DNA from: Escherichia coli
Lineage (GTDB): Bacteria; Pseudomonadota; Gammaproteobacteria; Enterobacterales; Enterobacteriaceae
Strand: one strand, 5' to 3'
Length of the DNA stretch: 64,000 nucleotides
NCBI RefSeq assembly: GCF_003790525.1
Contig: NZ_CP033635.1
The notes under the pieces were generated by a model. That model was given only the letters and a program-made list of their open reading frames with translations. It was not told the origin of the DNA and ran no database searches. This document shows, piece after piece, positions 1 through 10,279 of this stretch. Within the stretch, counting starts at the first letter, position 1; every line of letters begins with the position of its first letter. Position numbers and translations under genes: made by a program.

Positions 1-255
1 ATTAATGCGACGTTCCGGCTCCAGTGCCGGAGCAGACTCATCCTTGCCGCGTTTTTCATAAATCAGGCCATTGAGGAATGACGACAAAACAATGTCCGGA
101 CAACGCTGAAAACCCTCTTCGTCTTCTTTACGTAGCCAGACGGCGATCTGTTCCGCGGTGGCTTCGACATTACCCAGCGCCAGAATACGCACCAGGTCAT
201 TATTATTGGCTTTCAAAATGTAGCGCACGCTGCGCAGAATATCGTTACTTAGCAT
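1..255 (-). CDS. yehS: DUF1456-family protein YehS, 3' part truncated by window edge (N-terminal 85 codons present)
   Basis: Reverse-strand ATG near 255; translation MLSNDILRSVRYILKANNNDLVRILALGNVEATAEQIAVWLRKEDEEGFQRCPDIVLSSFLNGLIYEKRGKDESAPALEPERRIN matches remembered YehS; sits next to yehT as in E. coli. Confidence 0.8.
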   Translation of the reverse strand, partial: MLSNDILRSVRYILKANNNDLVRILALGNVEATAEQIAVWLRKEDEEGFQRCPDIVLSSFLNGLIYEKRGKDESAPALEPERRIN

Positions 256-301
256 GAGGCCTTCAGGTGTTGATGAGGCAAAAAGCCATTTTAGCAGTCT
301 T

Positions 302-1021
302 TTACAGGCCAATCGCCTCTTTTAAGCTTTTCAGATAACGGCGGCTGACCGGCACGGTTAAGCCATTACGCAAAATCAACTCGGCCTGGCCGTTATCTTC
401 CAGACGAATCTCCTGTAAATGCGCGAGGTTAACCAGATACTGACGATGGCAGCGCAGTAGTGGTGTACGACTTTCCAGGGTACGTAATGTCAATTCGGTA
501 AAGCCCTCTTTCCCTTCGTGGCTGGTAACGTAGACACCGCTCATCCGACTGCTGACAAATGCCACATCTTTCATTTGCAGCAAATAAATCCGACTATGCC
601 CCGTACAAGGGATAAATTTCAGCGCCTGTTGATTTTCCGGTAACAGCGAAACATCCTGCTTGCTGCGCTCCTGACGCAATCGCGCCAGCGTTTTCTCCAG
701 TCGCGCTTCATCAATTGGCTTCAGCAGATAATCAAAGGCATGTTCTTCAAAGGCTTTAATTGCGTATTCGTCAAACGCAGTGAGAAAAACAATATACGGG
801 CGATGTTCCGGGTCAAGCATCCCCACCATTTCCAGACCACTGATGCGCGGCATCTGGATATCGAGAAACAGCACATCCGGGCGCAGTTTATGCACCGCGC
901 CGATCCCTTCCACGGCGTTTGAACACTCTCCAACGATTTCAATATCGCTCTGCTCCTGCAAAAATACACGCAGGTTCTCCCGTGCTAACGGTTCATCATC
1001 GACAATTAAGACTTTAATCAT
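302..1021 (-). CDS. btsR: LytTR-family response regulator BtsR (YehT)
   Basis: ORF 302..1036; receiver-domain start [18 protein letters not shown] 5 codons into the ORF gives 239 aa; 4-bp overlap with upstream kinase gene. Confidence 0.92.
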
Positions 1022-2703
1022 GCCTCGTCCCTCCATGGTAGTCGTAACGTTATTCGGGTGTAACTATCAGGCTCACAGGCGACGCTTATTCCATAGTCAT
1101 CGCCAAACCGTTCACGTAAACGCTTATCCACCAGATTCATCCCCAGCCCACTGGCATTGGTTACCGGTTGATACAAACCGGCATTGTCTTCGATCTCCAG
1201 CATCAAATGTTGCCCCTCACGTCGGGCGCTGATTGCCACTCGCCCTGTATCCAGCAGTTGTGATGTCCCATGTTTAATGGCGTTTTCCACTATCGGTTGC
1301 AGGGTAAACGCGGGCAATTGCTGCTGGGATAATTCTTGCGGAATAGCAATGTTGACCTGCAACCGCGACTGGAAGCGCGCCTTTTCAATTTGCAGATAAG
1401 CATTCACATGTTCAATTTCGTCGGCGAGAGTAACAAACTCCGAAGGCCGCTTTAAGTTTTTGCGGAAAAAAGTGGAAAGATACTGCACCAGCTGGCTGGC
1501 CTGTTCGCTGTCGCGGCGGATCACCGCTTTAATGGTGTTAAGCGCATTAAACAAAAAATGGGGATTCACCTGGGCGTGAAGCAGTTTGATCTCTGACTGG
1601 GTGAGCATCGCTTTTTGCCGCTCATATTGCCCGGCAAGGATCTGCGCCGAAAGCAATTGCGCAATCCCCTCACCCAACGTGCGGTTGATTGAACTGAATA
1701 AACGGTTTTTGGCTTCATACAATTTGATGGTGCCCATCACCCGCTGATTTTCACCACGCAACGGAATTACCAGCGTCGACCCCAGTTTGCATTGCGGATG
1801 CAAAGAGCAACGGTAAGGTACTTCGTTGCCATCAGCGTAGACCACTTCACCGGTTTCAATCGCTTTTAAAGTATAAGTTGAAGAAATCGGTTTGCCGGGT
1901 AAATGGTGGTCGTCACCAATTCCGGTAAAGGCCAGCAATTTCTCTCGATCGGTAATCGCGACTGCACCAATATCCAGTTCCTGATACAGCACCTGAGCCA
2001 CTTTCATGCTGTTCTCTTCGTTAAACCCCTGGCGCAAAATGCCTTCCGTCGAGGCTGCCACTTTCAGCGCAGTGGCAGAAAAAGCCGAAGTGTATTTTTC
2101 AAACATCGCGCGTTTATCGAGCAATATACGCATAAACAGCGCCGCGCCGACGGTATTGGTGACCATCATTGGCGCAGCAATATTACTCACCAGACGCACC
2201 GCATCTTCATAAGGTCGGGCGATCGCAAGGATGATCAGCATTTGCACCATTTCAGCGACGAACGTGACGGCACCGGCGGTAATGGGGTTAAAGACTTTAT
2301 CAGTGCGCCCGCGGCGGATCAGGATGCTGTGTACCAGGCCACCGAGTAATCCTTCAACGATGGTCGAGATCATGCAACTTAACGCGGTCATGCCCCCCAT
2401 CGAATATCGATGTAAGCCGCCGGTCAGCCCAACCAGCCCACCGACGACCGGACCGCCGAGTAAGCCGCCCATTACCGCGCCTATCGCACGGGTATTGGCA
2501 ATAGAATCGTCAATGTGCAACCCAAACCAGGTGCCCATGATGCAGAAGATGGAAAAGACGATGTAGCAGAGAAATTTATGCGGCAGACGAACCGTGACCT
2601 GCATTAACGGTATGAATAATGGCGTTTTACTCATTAACCATGCAATGACTAAAAAAACGCACATCTGCTGAAGCAGCAGCAACACCAGATTAAAATCGTA
2701 CAT
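1018..2703 (-). CDS. btsS: Sensor histidine kinase BtsS (YehU), 5TM-LytS type
   Basis: ORF 1018..2718; start [13 protein letters not shown] gives 561 aa; membrane N-terminus, GAF and HATPase regions. Confidence 0.92.
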
Positions 2704-2924
2704 ACCCGCAAACCACACTTCCCTTTAAAACGCGTAACATACATTGCCTGCGTTTAACTTTCTTTGAACTCTTGCAGAAAAATGAGAATTCGTGAGTACG
2801 ATCACTCAAAATCGCCTGGCAAAAATAAAATCACCCTATAGATGCACAAAAAACGGGCAAAACTACCTGGTTCGCAAAACTGCGTCTAAAGTTAAACCGG
2901 GACCTCGCGAGCAAGGGTGAGACG

Positions 2925-3656
2925 ATGGCGCTTTACACAATTGGTGAAGTGGCGTTGCTTTGTGATATTAATCCTGTCACGTTACGCGCGTGGCAGAGGC
3001 GTTACGGATTGCTGAAACCGCAACGGACAGACGGCGGTCATCGGCTGTTCAACGATGCCGATATTGACCGGATCCGCGAGATCAAACGCTGGATCGACAA
3101 CGGCGTGCAGGTCAGCAAAGTTAAAATGCTGCTCAGTAATGAAAATGTTGATGTGCAGAACGGCTGGCGCGATCAGCAAGAAACATTACTGACTTACCTG
3201 CAAAGCGGCAATCTACATAGCCTGCGAACGTGGATCAAAGAGCGCGGTCAGGATTACCCCGCCCAGACACTCACCACACATCTGTTTATTCCTCTGCGCC
3301 GACGGCTTCAGTGCCAACAACCGACTCTCCAGGCGCTGCTGGCGATCCTCGACGGCGTACTGATCAACTACATCGCCATTTGTCTGGCTTCGGCACGTAA
3401 AAAACAGGGTAAAGATGCGCTGGTGGTTGGCTGGAATATTCAGGATACCACCCGTCTGTGGCTGGAGGGCTGGATTGCCAGTCAACAAGGATGGCGCATT
3501 GATGTCCTCGCCCACTCGCTCAATCAACTACGCCCTGAACTATTCGAAGGCCGTACATTGCTGGTGTGGTGCGATGAAAATCGAACCTCCGCCCAACAGC
3601 AGCAACTCACCAGTTGGCAAGAACAAGGCCATGATATTTTCCCACTCGGCATTTAA
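2925..3656 (+). CDS. mlrA: MerR-family transcriptional regulator MlrA (activator of csgD)
   Basis: 243-aa ORF MALYTIGEVALLCDINPVTLRAWQRRYGLL with MerR HTH; divergent from btsS as in E. coli. Confidence 0.92.
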   Translation: MALYTIGEVALLCDINPVTLRAWQRRYGLLKPQRTDGGHRLFNDADIDRIREIKRWIDNGVQVSKVKMLLSNENVDVQNGWRDQQETLLTYLQSGNLHSLRTWIKERGQDYPAQTLTTHLFIPLRRRLQCQQPTLQALLAILDGVLINYIAICLASARKKQGKDALVVGWNIQDTTRLWLEGWIASQQGWRIDVLAHSLNQLRPELFEGRTLLVWCDENRTSAQQQQLTSWQEQGHDIFPLGI

Positions 3657-3715
3657 TGATTCGTTAACAAATGCGCTTTACTGTACAATCCTTTCGTTAA
3701 CATAAGGAGTGCATT

Positions 3716-3823
3716 ATGCGCATAGCTAAAATTGGGGTCATCGCCCTGTTCCTGTTTATGGCGTTAGGCGGAATTGGTGGCGTCATGCTCGCAGGTTATA
3801 CCTTTATTTTGCGTGCTGGCTAA
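3716..3823 (+). CDS. yohO: Small membrane protein YohO (35 aa), below ORF-track cutoff
   Basis: Read from sequence: SD taaggagt then [38 protein letters not shown] stop; coordinates approximate. Confidence 0.7.
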
Positions 3824-4535
3824 GCGCCTGCACCAGCCTTTCAAACAGGCGGTCTGCGATGATCGCCGCCAGTGCCACCAGTAACGCCCCCTGGATCACA
3901 TACGCGGTATTAAATCCGCTAAGCCCGATGATGATGGGCGTACCCAGCGTGCTGGCCCCTACCGCTGAGGCGATCGTCGCCGTACCAATGTTGATAATCA
4001 CCGAAGTTCGCACGCCCGCCAGAATCACCGGAGCCGCCAGCGGTAGCTCGACCTTACGCAGTCGCTGACCACGACTCATTCCCATACCTTTCGCAACTTC
4101 TGTCACGCTGGCATCAATCGCTCCCAGCCCGGCAAGTGTCGCCTGCAGGACGGGCAGCACACCGTAAAGGATCAAGGCGATAATCGCTGGTTGCAGACCA
4201 AAGCCGATCACCGGAACGGCGATCGCCAGCACTGCGACGGGCGGAAAAGTCTGTCCAACGGCGGCAATAGTTTCCACCAGTGGGCGAAATTCCGCGCCCC
4301 ACGGGCGAGTGACAGCAATTCCGGCACCAGTGCCAATGATCACCGCAAACAAACTCGAAATTCCCACCAGCCAGAAATGAGCCAGTGCCAGAGCTGCAAA
4401 ACTTTCTTGCTGATAAACGGGTCGTGGCAGTTGTGGGAACAAGGCAGCAAACAGCGGCTGGCTGTAAGGCAGCCAGAAAATCAGCGCCACAAACAGAGCA
4501 ATGAGCCAGAACAGCGGATCGCGCAACATCTTCAT
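3804..4535 (-). CDS. yehW: Osmoprotectant ABC transporter permease YehW
   Basis: 243-aa ORF, multi-TM ABC permease; first gene of the yehZYXW (osmF) operon order. Confidence 0.9.
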
Positions 4536-4539
4536 ACGC

Positions 4540-5466
4540 TTACGCCTCCACCAGCAGATCCTGAAAATGCAGCGTGCCGCAAGGCTGGCCCTGCATGTTC
4601 ACCACCGGCAGCACCTCGCATCCCCGCGCAACAAACAGAGAGAGCGCATCGCGTAGCGTCATCTCTTCTGCCAGTGCCTCACCATCTGCTCGTTCTTCGC
4701 GACGCACGTAATCCGCCACACTACGTAACGAAAGCAGGCGCACACCCAGTTCACTACGTCCAAAAAACTGGCGGACAAAATCATTCGCCGGACGAGTCAG
4801 CATCGTCAGCGGATTGCCCTGCTGCACTACTTCACCGTGATCCATCAATACCAGATGTTCTGCCAGCCGTAGCGCCTCATCAATATCATGAGTGACCAGC
4901 ACAATGGTACGCCCCAGCAAACGGTGAATGCGCGTCATCTCTTGTTGCAACGCGCCGCGCGTTACCGGGTCCAGTGCGCCAAAAGGTTCATCCATCAGTA
5001 AGACTTGCGGATCGGCAGCCAGTGCACGCGCCACTCCCACACGTTGCTGCTGACCACCGGAAAGCTGATGCGGATAACGCTCACGCAAATTTGACTCCAG
5101 CCCCAGTAGCGCCATTAATTCGTCGATACGATCGTCAATCCGCGCCCGCGACCATTTTTGTAATTGCGGCACGGTAGCGATGTTTTGCGCCACGCTCCAG
5201 TGGGGGAACAGGCCAATAGATTGAATGGCATAGCCCATCCGGCGGCGCAACTCCAGTACTGGCAGCGAGCGAATTTCTTCTCCGGCAAAGCGGATCACTC
5301 CGCTGTCATGCTCCACCAGGCGGTTAATCATTTTCAGGGTGGTGGATTTGCCGGAGCCAGATGTGCCAATCAGCACCGAAAAACTCCCTTCCTGAAAATT
5401 GAGATTGAGATCGTTAACGGCTTTTTGTGCGCCGAACAGTTTGCTGACATGGCTAAATTCAATCAT
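4540..5466 (-). CDS. yehX: Osmoprotectant ABC transporter ATP-binding protein YehX
   Basis: 308-aa ORF with Walker [13 protein letters not shown] signature [10 protein letters not shown]-terminal CBS-like region. Confidence 0.9.
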   Translation of the reverse strand: MIEFSHVSKLFGAQKAVNDLNLNFQEGSFSVLIGTSGSGKSTTLKMINRLVEHDSGVIRFAGEEIRSLPVLELRRRMGYAIQSIGLFPHWSVAQNIATVPQLQKWSRARIDDRIDELMALLGLESNLRERYPHQLSGGQQQRVGVARALAADPQVLLMDEPFGALDPVTRGALQQEMTRIHRLLGRTIVLVTHDIDEALRLAEHLVLMDHGEVVQQGNPLTMLTRPANDFVRQFFGRSELGVRLLSLRSVADYVRREERADGEALAEEMTLRDALSLFVARGCEVLPVVNMQGQPCGTLHFQDLLVEA

Positions 5467-6616
5467 TACGTTTCACCTTCAGCAGTGCGATAAGCAAATC
5501 GAACAGCGCGTCGGTAAGCACCGCCAGAACAATTACCGGGATCACCCCCAGCAACACTAAATCAATGGCGCTGCTTAGCAGCCCCTGGAAAACCAGCGCA
5601 CCAAAACCGCCTGCGCCGATTAACGCCGCAATCACCGCCATACTTACAGTTTGCACCATCACCACCCGCAGGCTGCGCAGAAATACCGGTAACGCCAGTG
5701 GTAACTGAACATGCAGGAATCGCCGCGCCCCGCTCATGCCCATCGCTCTGGCGCTCTCCAGCACATCGCGCGGGATCTGGTTCAAGCCGACTACCACGCC
5801 GCGCACCAGCGGCAGCAAGGCATAGAGCACCAGCGCAATCAGTGCGGGTGTCATTCCGGTTCCTGCTATGCCGAGCTTCCCCAGCCACGGAAAGGCCGTC
5901 ACCAGCGCGGCAAGCGGCGCAATCAACAGGCCAAAGAGCGCCACCGAAGGCACGGTCTGAATGACATTGAGCAGAGAAAAAATTGCCCCCTGCCGAGCAG
6001 TGGAAAAGTAGCACCAGATGCCCAACGGCACACCAATCACTAACGCAGGCAGCACCGCACCAAACAGCAACGTCAGATGTTGTGCCAGCGCGTCGTCAAA
6101 CACATCCTGACGGTTGGCGTATTCTTTCATTAGTGAGAGATCGTTAAGCGTGCCGGAGTACAGCAACCACAGCGGAATAATGGCAATCTGCATATGCAAC
6201 AACCAGCGCCACAGCGGATGCGTGGAGATTCGGCGGATGGCATCGCTACAGGCCAGCAATGCCAGCGCCGCAGCCAGCCAGAAACCACTGCCGAGGCTGG
6301 TACGCGCCAGCGCACTGCCATTTTGCGCCAGTTGGGTCGCCGCCTTTCCAGCTCCCCACACCAGCAATACGAAGACGAATTGCGCCAGAATGAGTGCACA
6401 AATGCTGCCTTTTTTACCGGGAATAAAACAGGCCGTCAGCCAGGCGCAACCAACGCCCACCAGCATCCAGATCGTTTGCGGCCACAGCTGCCAGAGATGA
6501 CGCCCCTCACCCGAAACTAAACGATTAGGCGCGTAACTGATAAACGGCAGCGCCGCTGCGATTGCCGTCAGCAACAGCAGCAGCGCCAGAACAGGATTAA
6601 TACGGAAATAAGTCAC
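5459..6616 (-). CDS. yehY: Osmoprotectant ABC transporter permease YehY
   Basis: 385-aa ORF, polytopic permease; overlaps yehX start by 8 bp. Confidence 0.9.
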   Translation of the reverse strand: MTYFRINPVLALLLLLTAIAAALPFISYAPNRLVSGEGRHLWQLWPQTIWMLVGVGCAWLTACFIPGKKGSICALILAQFVFVLLVWGAGKAATQLAQNGSALARTSLGSGFWLAAALALLACSDAIRRISTHPLWRWLLHMQIAIIPLWLLYSGTLNDLSLMKEYANRQDVFDDALAQHLTLLFGAVLPALVIGVPLGIWCYFSTARQGAIFSLLNVIQTVPSVALFGLLIAPLAALVTAFPWLGKLGIAGTGMTPALIALVLYALLPLVRGVVVGLNQIPRDVLESARAMGMSGARRFLHVQLPLALPVFLRSLRVVMVQTVSMAVIAALIGAGGFGALVFQGLLSSAIDLVLLGVIPVIVLAVLTDALFDLLIALLKVKRND

Positions 6617-6622
6617 GGGAAA

Positions 6623-7540
6623 TTACTTCGTCCACCCTTTTTGTTTCAGGTAGTCGGCAGCCACTTTTTTGGCATCCAGTCCTTCCACAGCAATGCTGGC
6701 ATTCAGTTGCTGCAATGTTTTTGCATCGAGGCTGGCGAAGACTGGCTGTAGCCACTGTGCCATTTGCGGATACTCCCTCAACACCGACTCACGCACCACT
6801 GGTGCAGGCGCGTAGATAGGTTGCACACCTTGCGGATCGCTTAAGGTTTGTAGCCCCAGCGCCGCGACCGGACCGTCAGTGCCGTAAGCCATTGCGGCAT
6901 TAACGCCAGAAGTTTGCTGGGCAGCGGCTTTAATCGTTACCGCCGTGTCGCCACCAGCCAGTGACAGCAACTGATCCTGACCGAGCTTAAAGCCATAGGC
7001 TTTTTCAAAGGCGGGTAACGCATCGGCGCGTTCGATAAACTCTGCCGAGGCTGCCAGTTTGAAGGTGCCGCCCTCTTTCAGATAACGACTCAGGTCAGCA
7101 AGCGAAGTGAGTTTGTTTTTCTCTGCCACATCCTGACGCACGGCGATGGTCCAGGTGTTATTCGCTGGTGCGGGCGTCAGCCAGATTAACTTGTTTTGCT
7201 CTGCATCGAGTTTTTTGACTTTCTCGTAGCCTTGCCCGGCATTTTTCCACACCGCATCGTTTTCATCTTTAAAGAAGAACGCCCCATTGCCGGTATATTC
7301 CGGATAGATATCCAGTTCACCAGAGGTGATCGCCCCGCGCACCACAGGAGTCGTTCCCAGTTGCACTTTATTGACCGTTGGTACGCCGTGACTTTCGAGT
7401 ACCTGCAAGATGATGTTGCCGAGCAGCGCGCCTTCGGTATCGATTTTTGAACCGACTTTAACGGGGGAAGCCGCGTGCAGCGGCAGGCTCACGGCTGCCA
7501 ACAAAACCAGTGAACCTGCCCAGACCTTTGAGAGTGGCAT
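6623..7540 (-). CDS. osmF: Periplasmic glycine-betaine-binding protein OsmF (YehZ)
   Basis: 305-aa ORF with signal peptide MPLSKVWAGSLVLLAAVSLPLHAASP; substrate-binding protein fold. Confidence 0.9.
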   Translation of the reverse strand: MPLSKVWAGSLVLLAAVSLPLHAASPVKVGSKIDTEGALLGNIILQVLESHGVPTVNKVQLGTTPVVRGAITSGELDIYPEYTGNGAFFFKDENDAVWKNAGQGYEKVKKLDAEQNKLIWLTPAPANNTWTIAVRQDVAEKNKLTSLADLSRYLKEGGTFKLAASAEFIERADALPAFEKAYGFKLGQDQLLSLAGGDTAVTIKAAAQQTSGVNAAMAYGTDGPVAALGLQTLSDPQGVQPIYAPAPVVRESVLREYPQMAQWLQPVFASLDAKTLQQLNASIAVEGLDAKKVAADYLKQKGWTK

Positions 7541-7669
7541 GATGCTTTCCTCATTCTTTTACTGTTGTTTTCAGCGAATTAAGAGAAAAGCATAGTTGAT
7601 AATGGCGGGATTAGCCTGAGCGGACGGATTCAGTTGCAGAATCAGATAAATACTTAAGAGGCATATTCG

Positions 7670-7725
7670 GTCCGGCGTTTCCTGCCGGATGCGGCGCGAG
7701 CGCCTTATCCGGCCTACAAAGTGCG
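7670..7725. repeat. REP (repetitive extragenic palindrome) element
   Basis: GCCGGATGCGGCGCGAGCGCCTTATCCGGCCTAC-type sequence between osmF and bglX; coordinates approximate. Confidence 0.6.
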
Positions 7726-7786
7726 AAAATTCAGCAAGTTAAGATAATCAGGCAAAGGGCGCAAACGTCGCGCCCTTACTAAAGCA

Positions 7787-10084
7787 TTACAGCAACTCAA
7801 ACTCGCCTTTCTTAACGCGTGCGGAATCAGTGCCGATAAAGACATTGAACATGCCAGGCTCGGCGTCATATTTCATCTGTTGATTCCAGAACTTCAGCGC
7901 CTCGATATCAATCGGGAAGCTGACGGTCTGAGTTTCGCCCGGCTTCAGGGTGATTTTCTCAAAGCCTTTCAGCTGCTTCACTGGACGGCTCATGGAAGCC
8001 GTCACATCCTGCAAGTACATCTGCACTACCGTGGCCCCTTCGCGTTTACCGGTGTTCGTCACCTGCACGCTGGCCGTCACTTTGCCGTCACGCTTCATGG
8101 TCGGCGCAGAAAGTTTCACATCAGAGACGGTGAAAGTGGTATAGCTCAGACCATAGCCGAACGGATAAAGCGCCCCGTTAGCTTCATCAAAATAACGCGA
8201 AGTGTATTTGTTCGGCTTGTCGGCATTATACGGACGACCGGTATTCAGATGGCTGTAGTACACCGGGATCTGCCCGACAGAACGCGGGAAGGACATCGGC
8301 AGCTTGCCGGACGGGTTGTAATCGCCAAACAATACATCGGCAATTGCATTACCGCCTTCAGTCCCCGCAAACCAGGTTTCCAGAATCGCATCAGCCTGCT
8401 GATCTTCTTTCACCAGCGCCAGCGGACGCCCGTTCATCAGCACCAGCACCAGCGGTTTACCGGTGGCTTTCAGCGCCGCAATCAAGTCACGTTGGCTTTG
8501 CGGAATAGTGATATCGGTCCGGCTGGAGGCTTCGTGCGCCATCCCCTGTGCTTCACCGACCACAGCCACCACCACATCAGATTGTTTCGCGGTCTGCACC
8601 GCTTCATCAATCATCTCTTGCGGCGAGCGCGGATCGACTTTGACCGCTTCTTCATACTGATTCAGGAAATCGATAATGCCTTTGTCACTGGTGACGTTCG
8701 CCCCTTTGGCGTACAGCACTTTACCGTTTTCACCGACGGCATTTTTAATCCCGGTCAGTACGGTCACGGATTGATCGGCAACACCGGCTGCGGACCAGCT
8801 GCCCATCACGTCACGTTTACTGTCCGCCAGTGGCCCAACCACCGCAATGGTGGCTGATTTTTTCAGCGGTAACGTTTCGAGACGGTTTTTCAGCAACACC
8901 AGGCTTTCGCGCGCCACTTCACGCGCTTCTTTACGGTGCAGGCGGCTTTCGGCATTGGTATCCACCGGGTCAGACTCTTTCGGCCCCAAATGGCTGTATG
9001 GGTCGTTAAACAACCCCATATCATATTTAACGTTCAGTACATGGCGGGCAGCATCGTCCAGCTCTGCCATCGTCACTTTGCCGGATTTGATCAACCCAGG
9101 CAGATACTTCGAGTAGTACTCGTCGCTCATGCTCATGTTGATTCCGGATTTCAGCGCCACGCGCACCGCATCTTCCGGGTCTGCCGCCGTGCCATGTTTA
9201 ATCAGCTCTTTGATTGCACCGTGATCGGAAACGGTGATGCCTTTAAAGCCCCACTGGTCGCGCAGAACATCTTTCAGCAGCCAGGAATCGGAGGTGGCTG
9301 GCGTGCCGTTCAGCGAGTTCAGCGCCACCATCACCGCGCCGCTGCCTGCGTCCAGCCCCGCTTTGTACGGCGGCATATAATCATTAAACAGGCGCTGCGG
9401 ACTCATATCGACGGTGTTGTACTCTTTACCGCCTTCTACCGCGCCGTATGCGGCAAAGTGTTTGACGCTGGTCATCACCGAGTAGCGATCTGCCGGGCTT
9501 TTACCCTGCATCGCTTCCACCATGGTTTTACCCATTGTTGAGGTGAGATACGTATCTTCGCCAAAACCTTCGGAAGCACGTCCCCAGCGCGGATCGCGCG
9601 AGACATCGACCATCGGTGCCCAGGTCATATTCAGGCCATCATCTGCCGCTTCATAAGCAGAGACACGTCCGACCGTTTTCACTGCATCGAGGTTAAAAGA
9701 CGAGGCCAGACCGAGGCTAATCGGGAACACCGTGCGCTGACCGTGCAGCACGTCGTAAGCAAAGAAAAGAGGAATTTTCAGGCGGCTTAATTCCATCACC
9801 TGATCCTGCATGGCGCGGATATCCTGACGGGTTACGGTGTTGAAAATCGCCCCAACCTGACCGTCTTTGATCATCTCGCGGATCGCCTCTTTCGGGTTAT
9901 CCGGGCCGACGCTGATTAAGCGCAGCTGACCAATTTTCTCATCAACTGTCATTTTCTTAAGCAGTTCGGTGACGAACGCATCCCGCGCTTCGGGCGTTAA
10001 TGGATGGTTGCCGAATAAATCATCCGCCAGTGCTGGCTGCAGGGCCAGACTCACCGCGATTCCTACTGAACATAGCCATTTCAT
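7787..10084 (-). CDS. bglX: Periplasmic beta-glucosidase BglX (GH3)
   Basis: ORF 7787..10156; start MKWLCSVGIAVSLALQPALA (signal peptide) gives 765 aa. Confidence 0.92.
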   Translation of the reverse strand: MKWLCSVGIAVSLALQPALADDLFGNHPLTPEARDAFVTELLKKMTVDEKIGQLRLISVGPDNPKEAIREMIKDGQVGAIFNTVTRQDIRAMQDQVMELSRLKIPLFFAYDVLHGQRTVFPISLGLASSFNLDAVKTVGRVSAYEAADDGLNMTWAPMVDVSRDPRWGRASEGFGEDTYLTSTMGKTMVEAMQGKSPADRYSVMTSVKHFAAYGAVEGGKEYNTVDMSPQRLFNDYMPPYKAGLDAGSGAVMVALNSLNGTPATSDSWLLKDVLRDQWGFKGITVSDHGAIKELIKHGTAADPEDAVRVALKSGINMSMSDEYYSKYLPGLIKSGKVTMAELDDAARHVLNVKYDMGLFNDPYSHLGPKESDPVDTNAESRLHRKEAREVARESLVLLKNRLETLPLKKSATIAVVGPLADSKRDVMGSWSAAGVADQSVTVLTGIKNAVGENGKVLYAKGANVTSDKGIIDFLNQYEEAVKVDPRSPQEMIDEAVQTAKQSDVVVAVVGEAQGMAHEASSRTDITIPQSQRDLIAALKATGKPLVLVLMNGRPLALVKEDQQADAILETWFAGTEGGNAIADVLFGDYNPSGKLPMSFPRSVGQIPVYYSHLNTGRPYNADKPNKYTSRYFDEANGALYPFGYGLSYTTFTVSDVKLSAPTMKRDGKVTASVQVTNTGKREGATVVQMYLQDVTASMSRPVKQLKGFEKITLKPGETQTVSFPIDIEALKFWNQQMKYDAEPGMFNVFIGTDSARVKKGEFELL

Positions 10085-10279
10085 ATGGATTTTTCTTCCT
10101 TTGTTGCCCGACGTGGCAGCGAAAATGGTGCAAAAACCGTAGTTTGCCATAAGCATGATGGAGAGAGAAAAAGAATGCTCAGTTTATTGTCTGAATTTTC
10201 AAAATATTCACTCGCTGAATTGTTATACAAGGCGCTATTCTAGTTTGTGATATTTTTTCGCCACCACAAGGAGTGGAAA

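Noticed and set aside
780-1232. 150-aa plus-strand ORF overlapping btsR/btsS
   Set aside because: It lies antisense inside two well-supported conserved genes and has no recognisable domain; an artefact of six-frame translation.
4191-4895. 234-aa plus-strand ORF spanning yehW/yehX
   Set aside because: Antisense to conserved ABC transporter genes; low-complexity Arg/Ser/Pro-rich translation typical of a spurious frame.
7880-8857. 325-aa plus-strand ORF inside bglX
   Set aside because: Antisense to bglX, His/Arg-rich, no start context; spurious.
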